DNA of 24,000 bases from Neobacillus sp. Marseille-Q6967 (GTDB lineage Bacteria > Bacillota > Bacilli > Bacillales > Cytobacillaceae). This document shows positions 1 through 7,690 of the stretch, one piece after another; position 1 is the first letter of the stretch, and each line of letters opens with the position of its first letter. The notes beneath the pieces were generated by a model. It ran no database searches, was not told where the DNA came from, and saw nothing but the letters and a program-made list of their open reading frames with translations. The position numbers were made by a program, and so were the translations under genes. The stretch is from the NCBI GenBank assembly GCA_946151075.1, contig OX267715.1, positions 883,881 to 907,880 of the forward strand, read 5' to 3'.

Positions 1-656
1 CCTTTATACATGGACCCAACATTAAAAATATGTTAAAAGAAAGATCGGGCATGCCTGTATTTATGGAAAACGATGCAAACTGTGCCGGATACGCGGAGGT
101 GTGGAATGGGGCAGCTAAAGGTAAAAAGGATGTCCTAGTCATGGTCATTGGAACAGGAATTGGAGGGGCTGTTATTAAAGATGGCCGCGTGCATAAAGGT
201 GCAAACCTCCATGGCGGTGAATTTGGATACATGCTGCTTACCAGCGATATTCAGAACAGTAATGATGTTTGGAGCCGTGTAGCTTCAACAAAGGCACTTG
301 TACGGAAAGTAGCTCAAATGAAACAGGTAGATGTAGAAAGCATCACAGGTGAACAGATATTCCAAATGGCCGAAGCCGGAGATGAAGATTGCAAACAGGC
401 TCTTGATGCCTTTTACCATTTGTTAGCAGTGGGGATCTATAACTTGCAGTATATTTATGACCCTGAAGTCATATTAATTGGTGGAGGTATCAGTGCTAGA
501 GAAGATCTCGTTGATAAAATAAATGAAAAACTAGATTCCATTCTTAAAGCTATTGACCTTGCAAAAATTAAACCGAACATCGATACCTGCAAATTTCGCC
601 AGAACGCAAACCTTCTCGGAGCAGTTTATGGGTTTATGAAAGAATACGAGAAATAA
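1..656 (+). CDS. ROK family sugar kinase/regulator, C-terminal part (5' end lies outside the window)
   Basis: The frame is open from base 3 (FIHGPNIKNMLKE...). It contains the ROK-type ENDANCAGYAE motif, a GTGIGGAVI glycine loop and HGGEFGYM. The listed ATG at 30 is internal. Confidence 0.8.
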   Translation, partial: FIHGPNIKNMLKERSGMPVFMENDANCAGYAEVWNGAAKGKKDVLVMVIGTGIGGAVIKDGRVHKGANLHGGEFGYMLLTSDIQNSNDVWSRVASTKALVRKVAQMKQVDVESITGEQIFQMAEAGDEDCKQALDAFYHLLAVGIYNLQYIYDPEVILIGGGISAREDLVDKINEKLDSILKAIDLAKIKPNIDTCKFRQNANLLGAVYGFMKEYEK

Positions 657-692
657 AAAAAGCAGCATCCTTCTTAAGGGTGCTGCTTTTGT
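655..692. terminator. Bidirectional intrinsic terminator between convergent ROK and spo0A-like genes
   Basis: The stem is AGCAGCATCC / GGGTGCTGCT with loop TTCTTAA. It is flanked by an A-run upstream and a T-run downstream. Confidence 0.7.
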
Positions 693-694
693 AG

Positions 695-1468
695 TTATGA
701 AGCCTTTTTTACCTTCAAATAGTCGGCAATGAGAGCGATGAATTTGCCATTTGTCGGTTTGTTTTTTAAGGAACTAACTGTGTTTCCAAACACATAGTTT
801 AATACTTCTATATTCCCGCGGTTCCATCCAACTTCAATAGAATGCCGTATTCCTCGTTCGACACGGGTCGGAGTGGTGTGATACTTTTTGGCGATGGTAG
901 GATAAATCACTTTTGTGATACCGCCTAAACCGTTCAATAATTCATCATTCTCAATCACCATTTGGATGGCATCTCTTAAAAAATGGTATCCTTTAAGATT
1001 AGCAGGAATGCCCATAGAGCGCAGAACATCTGTTATTAATACTTCTAGGTTATCTTCCTGAAGTTTATTAGGGGATGCTGCCTCCACAGTGGTTCTATGT
1101 TCCTTTTTTGAACAAATTTCACGAATGGTGTCTGATAAATTAGAGAGCTCAAACGGTTTTAATAGAAAATATGACACTCCATATTCACTGGCTTTTTGAA
1201 TCACATCTTCTTTTCCAAATGCTGTAAGCATTAACACCTTTGTATCAATCTTTTCTTTTTGAAGTTGTTTTAATAAAGATAATCCATCAGAATGTGGCAT
1301 TACCAGATCTAAAATCACTAAATCGAGTTGTTCTCTCTTTATTAACTCCATTCCGTCCAAGCCGTTATGAGCAATACCTATAATTTTCATATCATCTAGA
1401 GTTGATAGATAATCATCTAATACCTCTGTTAATAGAATGTTATCATCAATAATTCCAATTTTAATCAT
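695..1468 (-). CDS. Spo0A-like response regulator (REC domain plus Spo0A_C DNA-binding domain), probably a paralog rather than canonical Spo0A
   Basis: The receiver has the IIDDN acidic pair, the LVILDLVMPHSDG phospho-Asp motif, MLTAFG and LLKPF. The C-terminal half aligns to Spo0A_C (GIPANLKGYHFLRDAI..., TRVERGIRHSIEVGW, KPTNGKFIALIADYL, ending KKAS as Spo0A ends HKAS). A GGAGGA SD lies 12 nt upstream. Confidence 0.8.
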   Translation of the reverse strand: MIKIGIIDDNILLTEVLDDYLSTLDDMKIIGIAHNGLDGMELIKREQLDLVILDLVMPHSDGLSLLKQLQKEKIDTKVLMLTAFGKEDVIQKASEYGVSYFLLKPFELSNLSDTIREICSKKEHRTTVEAASPNKLQEDNLEVLITDVLRSMGIPANLKGYHFLRDAIQMVIENDELLNGLGGITKVIYPTIAKKYHTTPTRVERGIRHSIEVGWNRGNIEVLNYVFGNTVSSLKNKPTNGKFIALIADYLKVKKAS

Positions 1469-1762
1469 AATTCTTCAAATTCCTCCTTAAAAAATTCCCC
1501 AGTACCCATTATTTTTCGATATTTCGGGTTTAAAAACAAGAAAAATATTCCAACAAAATTCTCGCTTTAGGCAGGATTGTAATGAGAAATTGTATATAAA
1601 TGTCGATATGTCTTGTTTGTTGATACAAAAAATAGACTATAGTACTAGATTAAAAAATGACAAGTTCTCCCCTTTTCTATAAAAAATTGAAGCCAATTGA
1701 CATAGAAATATATTTTCTTCAATAAGATAGTTTTATAGTTAAGGACCAAGGAGGGAAAAGGT

Positions 1763-2578
1763 GTGGTGAAGACCATATTAATAACAGGGACATCTTCAGG
1801 GATCGGAAGAGCAACCGCAATGTATTTTGCTAAAAAAGGGTGGAATGTTGTTGCAACAATGCGAACACCTGAAAGGGAAACGGAATTCACTCAAGTGCCC
1901 AATATTATCGTAACTAAACTTGATGTTGAAAATATGGGAAGTATAAAAGAATCGATAGCAGAAGGAATTGAGCACTTTGGAAAAATAGATGTGCTGATCA
2001 ATAATGCGGGTATTACATCAATGGGGATTTTTGAAGGGTTAACGGATGAACTGATCCAGAAAGTGTTTAAGGTAAATGTTTTTGGATTAATGAATACTAC
2101 AAAAGCCATCTTACCCCATTTTAGAGACAATAAAGAGGGTATGATCGTCAATATATCTTCTATGGGCGGAAAAATACCAATGCCCCTAATGTCACTTTAC
2201 AATGCTACTAAATTTGGAGTTGAGGGTTTTACTGAATCGGTATCCTACGAACTAGCCTCTCAAAATATAAAAGTAAAACTGATAGAACCAGGTGCAGTGA
2301 AAACAGATTTTGGCAGGAGGCCTATGGACTTCCATTTTAATGAATCTTTAACCGATTATAATCAGTTTATGGGTAAGGTTAGAGGAGAATTAGGGAAAAT
2401 GGCTGGTCCAGAAATGACGACAGCCGAAACAGCTGCTAAAGCGATCTATCAAATCGTAAATGACCCATCATCGCAATTACGTTACGTGATTGGGGAGGAT
2501 GCCAATAGGCTGATTGGGTTGAGAGACAAACTCGGAGATGAAACATACTTTCAATCAATGAGAGAAAGGTACTCTTGA
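1763..2578 (+). CDS. Classical short-chain dehydrogenase/reductase (SDR) family oxidoreductase
   Basis: It has the TGTSSGIG Rossmann motif, NNAG and a YNATK catalytic Tyr/Lys. The start is GTG, with an AAGGAGGG SD 8 nt upstream. Confidence 0.85.
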   Translation: MVKTILITGTSSGIGRATAMYFAKKGWNVVATMRTPERETEFTQVPNIIVTKLDVENMGSIKESIAEGIEHFGKIDVLINNAGITSMGIFEGLTDELIQKVFKVNVFGLMNTTKAILPHFRDNKEGMIVNISSMGGKIPMPLMSLYNATKFGVEGFTESVSYELASQNIKVKLIEPGAVKTDFGRRPMDFHFNESLTDYNQFMGKVRGELGKMAGPEMTTAETAAKAIYQIVNDPSSQLRYVIGEDANRLIGLRDKLGDETYFQSMRERYS

Positions 2579-2720
2579 AGAATATAATTTTTTAAAAAAA
2601 GATTAAGGGATATATTCTTGATGCTTTTTTATTATATAGTATAAAAACGATTCCTGAGGTGGGTATTAGCCAAAGGGCTTATCTTATATTTATCATATTG
2701 AGAGAAAGAAGTAGAACAAG

Positions 2721-3203
2721 GGTAGCCATTGGCTACCCAAATTTTATTTGTTAATTGAAAAGTGTAGGCAATAGTCCTGATAGGCTACCCATATTGAATT
2801 TACGAGTTAAATAGGGTAGCCAATACGCCTCATTGGCTACTCAAATTAAGTTTAGGAGATGAAAGGGTAGGCAATAGTCTTGATAGGCTACCCAAATTGA
2901 ATTAACGAGATGATTAGAGTAGCCAATAGGCCCCATTGGCTACTCAAATTAAGTTTAGGAGATGAAAGGGTAGGCAATAGTCTTGATAGGCTACCCAAAT
3001 TGAATTAACGAGATGATTAGAGTAGCCAATACGCCTCATTGGCTACTCAAATTGAGTTTAGGAGATGAATAGGGTAGGCAATAGTCTTGATAGGCTACCC
3101 AAATTGAATTAACGAGATGATTAGAGTAGCCAATACACCTCATTGGCTACTCAAATTGAATTAACGAGATGAATAGGGTAGCCAATATACCTGATTAGCA
3201 ACG
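2721..3203. repeat. Tandem array of hairpin-containing repeats: about 52-bp unit in two alternating variants giving a 103-bp higher-order period, about 9 half-units
   Basis: GTAGCCAAT-N7-ATTGGCTAC hairpins start at 2816, 2919, 3022 and 3126, with a degenerate one at 3178. They alternate with GGGTAGGCAATAGTCTTGATAGGCTACCC hairpins. Each hairpin is followed by the tail CAAATTGAATTAACGAGATGAWTAG. A loop-less palindrome GGGTAGCCATTGGCTACCC at 2721-2739 opens the array, which lies between the 3' ends of convergent genes. Confidence 0.9.
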
Positions 3204-3242
3204 ATTTAATATGTGTCCCAAAATTTCCAATAACTTCAATAA

Positions 3243-4178
3243 CTACGAATTTGTGTTTTTACTATAAGTTGCTGTTATTTTTCTCCTTTTAAATATGTTT
3301 GTATTTGTTCCAATATAAACCCCTGCTAAAACAAATGCTGCTCCGATGCCATGAGCCAATGTGAAGGTTTCATGTAAGAAGAAAGTTGCCATTAGAACAG
3401 CCGATAATGGCATGACATTAATAAAAATAGAAGCTTTTGCTGCTCCGACCTCTTTAATACCATAATAGTACATGATGAATGAAACCACGGTGACAAAGAT
3501 GCTCATATGAGCAATCGCTATCCAAGTTGAAGAATTAGCCTGCAAAATATCCTGCCAGGATGTTTCATAGGATGCAAATGGTAATAAAAATACCGTACCA
3601 AAGGCTACTGCATAGGTAGTCGATTCGACTGCACTATATTTTTTTAAAACCACTTTACCTACCACGCTGTACAATGCCCAGCTTACCACCGCACCAAGCA
3701 AGACGAAGTCAATAGGCTCGAAGCCAAATTGTAAAAGAGATAAGATATGACCATCTGTGATAATAAAGGCAGCTCCTGATAAGGCAATCACCATTCCAAT
3801 AATATTATTTTTAGTGATTTTTTCTTTTAGAAATAATCCCGATAAGAGAACAATCAATACAGGGTTTGAGGCAATAAATAAGGAACTTTTAATAACGGGT
3901 GCTTGTTTGGTTGCGATAAAAAAACAAATATTATAAAGTGCGATTCCAGTTAAGCCGAGAACGGCAAATAAACCATAGTCTTTAAGAGTTGGAGTCTTGC
4001 GATTTTTTTCCATCATCCACATAAGCGGAAATAATAGGATGGCGGCCACGAAAAATCGTAAAAATGCGACCGTGGCTGGATCAAAGCTTTGAACGGCTAT
4101 TTTTCCAGCAATAAATGCACTTCCCCAAGTGGCTGTAGCTAAAGTTAACATACCGTAGATAATCCATTGCTTTTTCAT
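3243..4178 (-). CDS. DMT superfamily (EamA-type) permease, 10 TM
   Basis: The protein is hydrophobic throughout with two EamA-like halves. The ORF track starts at 4184, but the ATG at 4178 sits 9 nt from a GAGGGA SD whereas 4184 sits only 3 nt away, so I prefer 4178. Confidence 0.8.
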   Translation of the reverse strand: MKKQWIIYGMLTLATATWGSAFIAGKIAVQSFDPATVAFLRFFVAAILLFPLMWMMEKNRKTPTLKDYGLFAVLGLTGIALYNICFFIATKQAPVIKSSLFIASNPVLIVLLSGLFLKEKITKNNIIGMVIALSGAAFIITDGHILSLLQFGFEPIDFVLLGAVVSWALYSVVGKVVLKKYSAVESTTYAVAFGTVFLLPFASYETSWQDILQANSSTWIAIAHMSIFVTVVSFIMYYYGIKEVGAAKASIFINVMPLSAVLMATFFLHETFTLAHGIGAAFVLAGVYIGTNTNIFKRRKITATYSKNTNS

Positions 4179-4301
4179 TATCATGTTTCCCTCAATTATT
4201 TTTTAATTTTATATTCCGTATTGTAACATTCTTTTCATACTTCGGAATATTATAATAATATTTTCTAAAAAAATACTTGCGTAATATATTATTATTTTCC
4301 A

Positions 4302-4330
4302 TTGTAACTAGATTAATAACGTGATATTAT
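4302..4330 (+). promoter_or_regulatory. Sigma-A type promoter for the PyrR-leader/MFS transcript
   Basis: The -35 is TTGTAA (4302-4307), followed by a 17-nt spacer and an extended -10 TGaTATTAT (4322-4330). It lies about 15 nt upstream of the first PyrR-type hairpin. Confidence 0.55.
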
Positions 4331-4346
4331 GAGTTGAAAATAAAAT

Positions 4347-4379
4347 TCCTTTAATATGGTCCAGAGAGGCCAAAAAGGC
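4347..4379 (+). promoter_or_regulatory. PyrR binding loop (anti-antiterminator hairpin), site 1
   Basis: The sequence CCTTTAATATGGTCCAGAGAGGCCAAAAAGG contains the conserved PyrR recognition core UCCAGAGAGGC. The upper stem is GG/CC and the lower stem CCUUU/AAAGG. Confidence 0.7.
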
Positions 4380-4417
4380 GAAAATAAAATTCGTACATAA
4401 ATGTCCGAATCTATTAG

Positions 4418-4458
4418 TACCCTTTTGTCCTTTTTGGATGGAAGGGTATTTTATTTTG
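4418..4458 (+). terminator. Leader attenuator (intrinsic terminator) downstream of PyrR site 1
   Basis: The stem GTACCCTT / AAGGGTAT is followed by TTTATTTTG. It sits between the PyrR site and the start codon of the MFS gene. Confidence 0.7.
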
Positions 4459-4465
4459 CCTATGT

Positions 4466-4500
4466 ATCTTTTAATCAAAGTCCAGTGAGGCTTGAAAGGA
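4466..4500 (+). promoter_or_regulatory. PyrR binding loop, site 2, overlapping the Shine-Dalgarno sequence of the MFS gene
   Basis: The sequence TCTTTTAATCAAAGTCCAGTGAGGCTTGAAAGGA carries the variant core UCCAGUGAGGC with upper stem AAG/CUU. The 3' arm GAAAGGAG is the SD for the ATG at 4510. Confidence 0.6.
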
Positions 4501-4509
4501 GAATCATCA

Positions 4510-5730
4510 ATGAATTATCAGAAAAAAACAGTAGTAGCATCCACTGCAGGGTTAACGTTAGAGGGCATGGATATCATGTTCATATCGTTTGCTATGTCCA
4601 TGATTATTGCAGAATTCAACATTGATATGGCAACCGGCGGACTAATTTCTTCTATTACCAACTTAGGAATGCTATTCGGGGGTATTCTTTTCGGGATACT
4701 AGCTGATAAATTTGGAAGAGTTAAAGTTTTTACTTATACCATTATATTGTTTGCTATAGGGACTGCACTTACTGGATTAGCCACAAATATTGAACAGGTT
4801 TATATTTTTAGGTTTATTGCAGGATTAGGTGCAGGTGGAGAATACGGAATTGGAATGGCACTAGTCGCTGAAGCATGGCCAAAAAATAAACAAGGACGAG
4901 CTTCTTCTTATGTGAGTGTTGGTGCTCAATTTGGTGTAATCCTAGCAGCATTACTAAGTGCATTGATTCTTCCGACTTGGGGATGGAGAGGATTATTTTT
5001 CATCGGAGCTCTCCCGGTTATCTTTGCCTTTATTGTCCGCAAGAACTTAGATGAGTCACCAGAATGGCTTGCATCACAAAAGGTTAAAAAGCAGAAACGA
5101 AATCAAGGAAATTTAAAGGAATTATTTTCGACTCGAAAAACAGCCCTAACTACGGCAGCATTAGCCATCATGGCAACGGTTCAAATTGCCGGCTATAACG
5201 GTTTGATGATCTGGCTTCCATCTATGCTTCAACAATCCCAAGGCTTGTCGGTTTCAAGTTCTGCTCTTTGGACAATTAGTACAGCGGTCGGAATGATTGT
5301 AGGAATGCTGACTTTTGGACAATTTATGGATCGACTTGGAATGAAACGGACGTATGGAATCTTCCTGCTTGCGTCAGCGGTAGCAGTCTTTTTATACTCA
5401 TATGCCTCTGGAAGCACAGGAGTTCTCATTGGAGGTGCCATCGTAGGATTCTTCTCAAATGGAATGTTCGCTGGTTACGGGGCCCTTATCAGCTACTACT
5501 ATCCAGTGGAAATACGTAGTACTGCAACGAACACGATTTTTAACTTTGGACGAGCGTTAGGGGGACTATCTCCAATCTTAGTTGGATTTATTTTAGAGAA
5601 TGCAAACGTAACGGTTGCGATGAGCTATCTAGCGATTCTTTATTGCATCTCGTTTATCGCGATGGTGAGTTTGAGAAAAGGTAAGGACAGCCGTAAACAA
5701 GAAACCATGACAACACTTAAAGCTGTATAA
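4510..5730 (+). CDS. MFS transporter (12 TM, sugar-porter/AAHS-like), predicted PyrR regulon member
   Basis: It has the MFS motifs GILADKFGRVKV (loop 2-3) and FRFIAGLGAGGEYG. The ATG at 4510 lies 8 nt after GAAAGGAG, and I judge the TTG at 4492 from the ORF track to fall inside the leader. Confidence 0.85.
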   Translation: MNYQKKTVVASTAGLTLEGMDIMFISFAMSMIIAEFNIDMATGGLISSITNLGMLFGGILFGILADKFGRVKVFTYTIILFAIGTALTGLATNIEQVYIFRFIAGLGAGGEYGIGMALVAEAWPKNKQGRASSYVSVGAQFGVILAALLSALILPTWGWRGLFFIGALPVIFAFIVRKNLDESPEWLASQKVKKQKRNQGNLKELFSTRKTALTTAALAIMATVQIAGYNGLMIWLPSMLQQSQGLSVSSSALWTISTAVGMIVGMLTFGQFMDRLGMKRTYGIFLLASAVAVFLYSYASGSTGVLIGGAIVGFFSNGMFAGYGALISYYYPVEIRSTATNTIFNFGRALGGLSPILVGFILENANVTVAMSYLAILYCISFIAMVSLRKGKDSRKQETMTTLKAV

Positions 5731-5737
5731 TTTCGAT

Positions 5738-5779
5738 AAAGCCATTACTGCAATTGCCGCGGTAATGGCTTTTATTTTT
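5738..5779 (+). terminator. Intrinsic terminator of the MFS gene
   Basis: An 11-bp stem AAAGCCATTAC / GTAATGGCTTT is followed by TATTTTTG. Confidence 0.8.
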
Positions 5780-5967
5780 GGAGGATGGGATTGTGAAAAG
5801 GTAAGCTCCAAGGTCCTGTATATTTAAATTGAAATCCTGTGTGAAAAGGCTCCCTTAGCATGGTTATTTTTTTCTCGTTATTAAATGGTTTATAATGGAA
5901 TTATTAGAATAAAATGAATTACAAATCCCTTTCATGATGGGGAAGTGCCTGAAATGTTTAGGAGAAG

Positions 5968-6249
5968 GTGAGCTTGATGCACACAGGTGATGAAGTTTTT
6001 ATTACGAAGACGGGAAAGAACTATCATTATTTTGATGATGACTGTCCCACGACTTCTAGAATTTTAAAAGGAAGAATCGCTGCGCAAAGAATCAAAGAAA
6101 CAGAAGCGATTGCGAAAGGTTATACATTATGCAGACATTGTGCCAAGGAGTATAAAGAAGATTTAGCCGAAAGAAAAGGATGTGGCACAGCGGCTCTTTT
6201 GTTTTTGGGAGCGGGCATCATTCTGCTGGCGAAACAATTATTGTTCTAG
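5968..6249 (+). CDS. Small Cys-rich protein with C-terminal membrane anchor (hypothetical)
   Basis: The spacing KTGKNYHYFDDDCP...GYTLCRHC resembles Ada-type metal-binding or zinc-ribbon-like modules. The C-terminal stretch GTAALLFLGAGIILLAKQLLF looks like a TM helix. An AGGAGA SD is present and the start could instead be the ATG at 5977. A terminator follows. Confidence 0.55.
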   Translation: MSLMHTGDEVFITKTGKNYHYFDDDCPTTSRILKGRIAAQRIKETEAIAKGYTLCRHCAKEYKEDLAERKGCGTAALLFLGAGIILLAKQLLF

Positions 6250-6257
6250 ATGAAAAG

Positions 6258-6295
6258 CGCTTGGGATTGATGAAACCAAGCGGTTTTTCTTTTTG
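6258..6295 (+). terminator. Intrinsic terminator
   Basis: The stem CGCTTGG / CCAAGCG is followed by GTTTTTCTTTTTG. Confidence 0.7.
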
Positions 6296-6470
6296 ATTTT
6301 TTGTATGCTTGAAGAAATTTTCCGATGAAGCGTGAAACATTGAGTTCACAGGAAAGATACCTGAAGAATCATTCTGATTAAACTCGAAAAAAATACGACA
6401 AAGTTACTTGGAGAATCAATCTATCAAGTACCAATAAATTGTATTTGTGAGAATCTAATAGATTGAAAGG

Positions 6471-7598
6471 ATGGAAGAGTGGATGGAAAGAATTTATTTT
6501 GATTATAATGCCAGCACCCCAATCGCGCCAGAAGTTGTCGAAGCGATGAAGCCTTTGTTAACGGATTATTTTGGAAACCCTTCAGCGTTACATTGGGCGG
6601 GTAAACCGATCAAAGAATTATTACAAACAGCAAGACAACAAGTGGCAGATTTAATCGGCAGTACATCAGGAGAAATCATTTTTACCAGCGGCGGAAGTGA
6701 AGCCAACAACTTAGCACTAAAAGGCTTTTATTTTAAAAATCGACATAAAGGCAACCATATTATTACATCTAAAATTGAGCATCCTGCTATCCTAAATCCG
6801 TGTAAGTTCTTAGAGCAAATAGGGGCAAGGGTATCTTATGTAGGTGTAGATCATTACGGAAGAGTATCGATAGAAGAAATCGAAAAAGCCATTACTAAAG
6901 AAACCATTTTAATTACAATTATGCACTCCAACAACGAAACGGGCACTTTACAACCTATAAAAGAGATTGGAAGAATCGCAGAAAAATATGGAATCGCTTT
7001 TCATTCAGACGCCTCTCAATCAGTTGGGAAAGTTCCTGTTGATGTGAATGATTTAAAGGTAGACCTTTTGACGATTGCTGGCCATAAACTCTATGGACCA
7101 AAAGGAATTGGGGCTCTTTACATAAGGGAAGGAATGGAACTAGAACCACTTATTCATGGTGCAGGACATGAAAATGGATTACGTGCAGGGACAGAAAACA
7201 CGTTATTGGCAGTGGGATTAGGAAAAGCCTGTGAAGTAGCAGCTACACAAACGAGTCATATCAGGGATTTAACCGACTATTTTTGGACAAAATTAAGGGC
7301 AGAGTTTGGTGAACATGTGGTACTAAATGGCCATCCGGAAGAACGGTTGCCGAATACGTTAAATGTAAGTTTTATAAACCGAGTAGGGCAGGAAATATTA
7401 TCTGCTATTCCTTACCTAGCCGCTTCAACGGGATCAGCATGTCATGCCGGCAGTATCGAATTATCGCCGGTATTAAAAGAAATGGCTATTCCTGAAAAGG
7501 TTGGGATGGGAGCAATCCGATTCAGCTTGGGCCGGGCTACCAAAAAGGAAGAAATAGATACTGTCATTAAGAGCTTTAAAAAAATACTAGAGGCATAA
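6471..7598 (+). CDS. NifS/IscS-like cysteine desulfurase (class V PLP enzyme)
   Basis: It has SGGSEANN, HSNNETG, FHSDASQS, the PLP-lysine motif AGHKLYGPKG and an active-site Cys loop STGSACHAGS. The true start may be the ATG at 6483 (MERIYFDYNAS). Confidence 0.85.
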   Translation: MEEWMERIYFDYNASTPIAPEVVEAMKPLLTDYFGNPSALHWAGKPIKELLQTARQQVADLIGSTSGEIIFTSGGSEANNLALKGFYFKNRHKGNHIITSKIEHPAILNPCKFLEQIGARVSYVGVDHYGRVSIEEIEKAITKETILITIMHSNNETGTLQPIKEIGRIAEKYGIAFHSDASQSVGKVPVDVNDLKVDLLTIAGHKLYGPKGIGALYIREGMELEPLIHGAGHENGLRAGTENTLLAVGLGKACEVAATQTSHIRDLTDYFWTKLRAEFGEHVVLNGHPEERLPNTLNVSFINRVGQEILSAIPYLAASTGSACHAGSIELSPVLKEMAIPEKVGMGAIRFSLGRATKKEEIDTVIKSFKKILEA

Positions 7599-7690
7599 TT
7601 TTTTTATCTGTTAAACAAAATCTCTATAATTAGTATAGGATAAACTAAGTTCATGAAACTAAGAGTATACATAAGCTGGAGGTTTTTTTA

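Noticed and set aside
695-1468. Calling this gene spo0A outright.
   Set aside because: The domain architecture fits Spo0A. However, the divergence in the recognition helix, the insertion and the non-canonical neighbourhood make orthology uncertain, so I left the symbol blank.
1645-2151. Antisense ORFs 1645-1890 and 1891-2151 opposite the SDR gene.
   Set aside because: These are shadow ORFs on the opposite strand of a well-supported CDS. Their composition is low-complexity and they have no SD.
2721-3203. Possible CRISPR array. The same question applies to 16837-17336.
   Set aside because: There are no unique spacers in either array. The sequence between the conserved hairpins is itself repeated, and the 20-bp array is head-to-tail with no spacing. 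No cas genes are present in the window.
4492-4509. TTG start at 4492 for the MFS gene, as given in the ORF track.
   Set aside because: This TTG lies inside the GAAAGGAG Shine-Dalgarno/PyrR hairpin arm. The ATG at 4510 has ideal 8-nt spacing.
4401-4625. 74-aa ORF upstream of and overlapping the MFS gene.
   Set aside because: It spans the attenuator terminator and the second PyrR site, and it overlaps the MFS CDS out of frame. It has no SD and a low-complexity product. The region is better explained as an RNA leader.
5229-5811. Antisense ORFs 5229-5441 and 5629-5811 opposite the MFS gene and its terminator.
   Set aside because: These are shadow ORFs with no translation signals, and the second one crosses the terminator hairpin.
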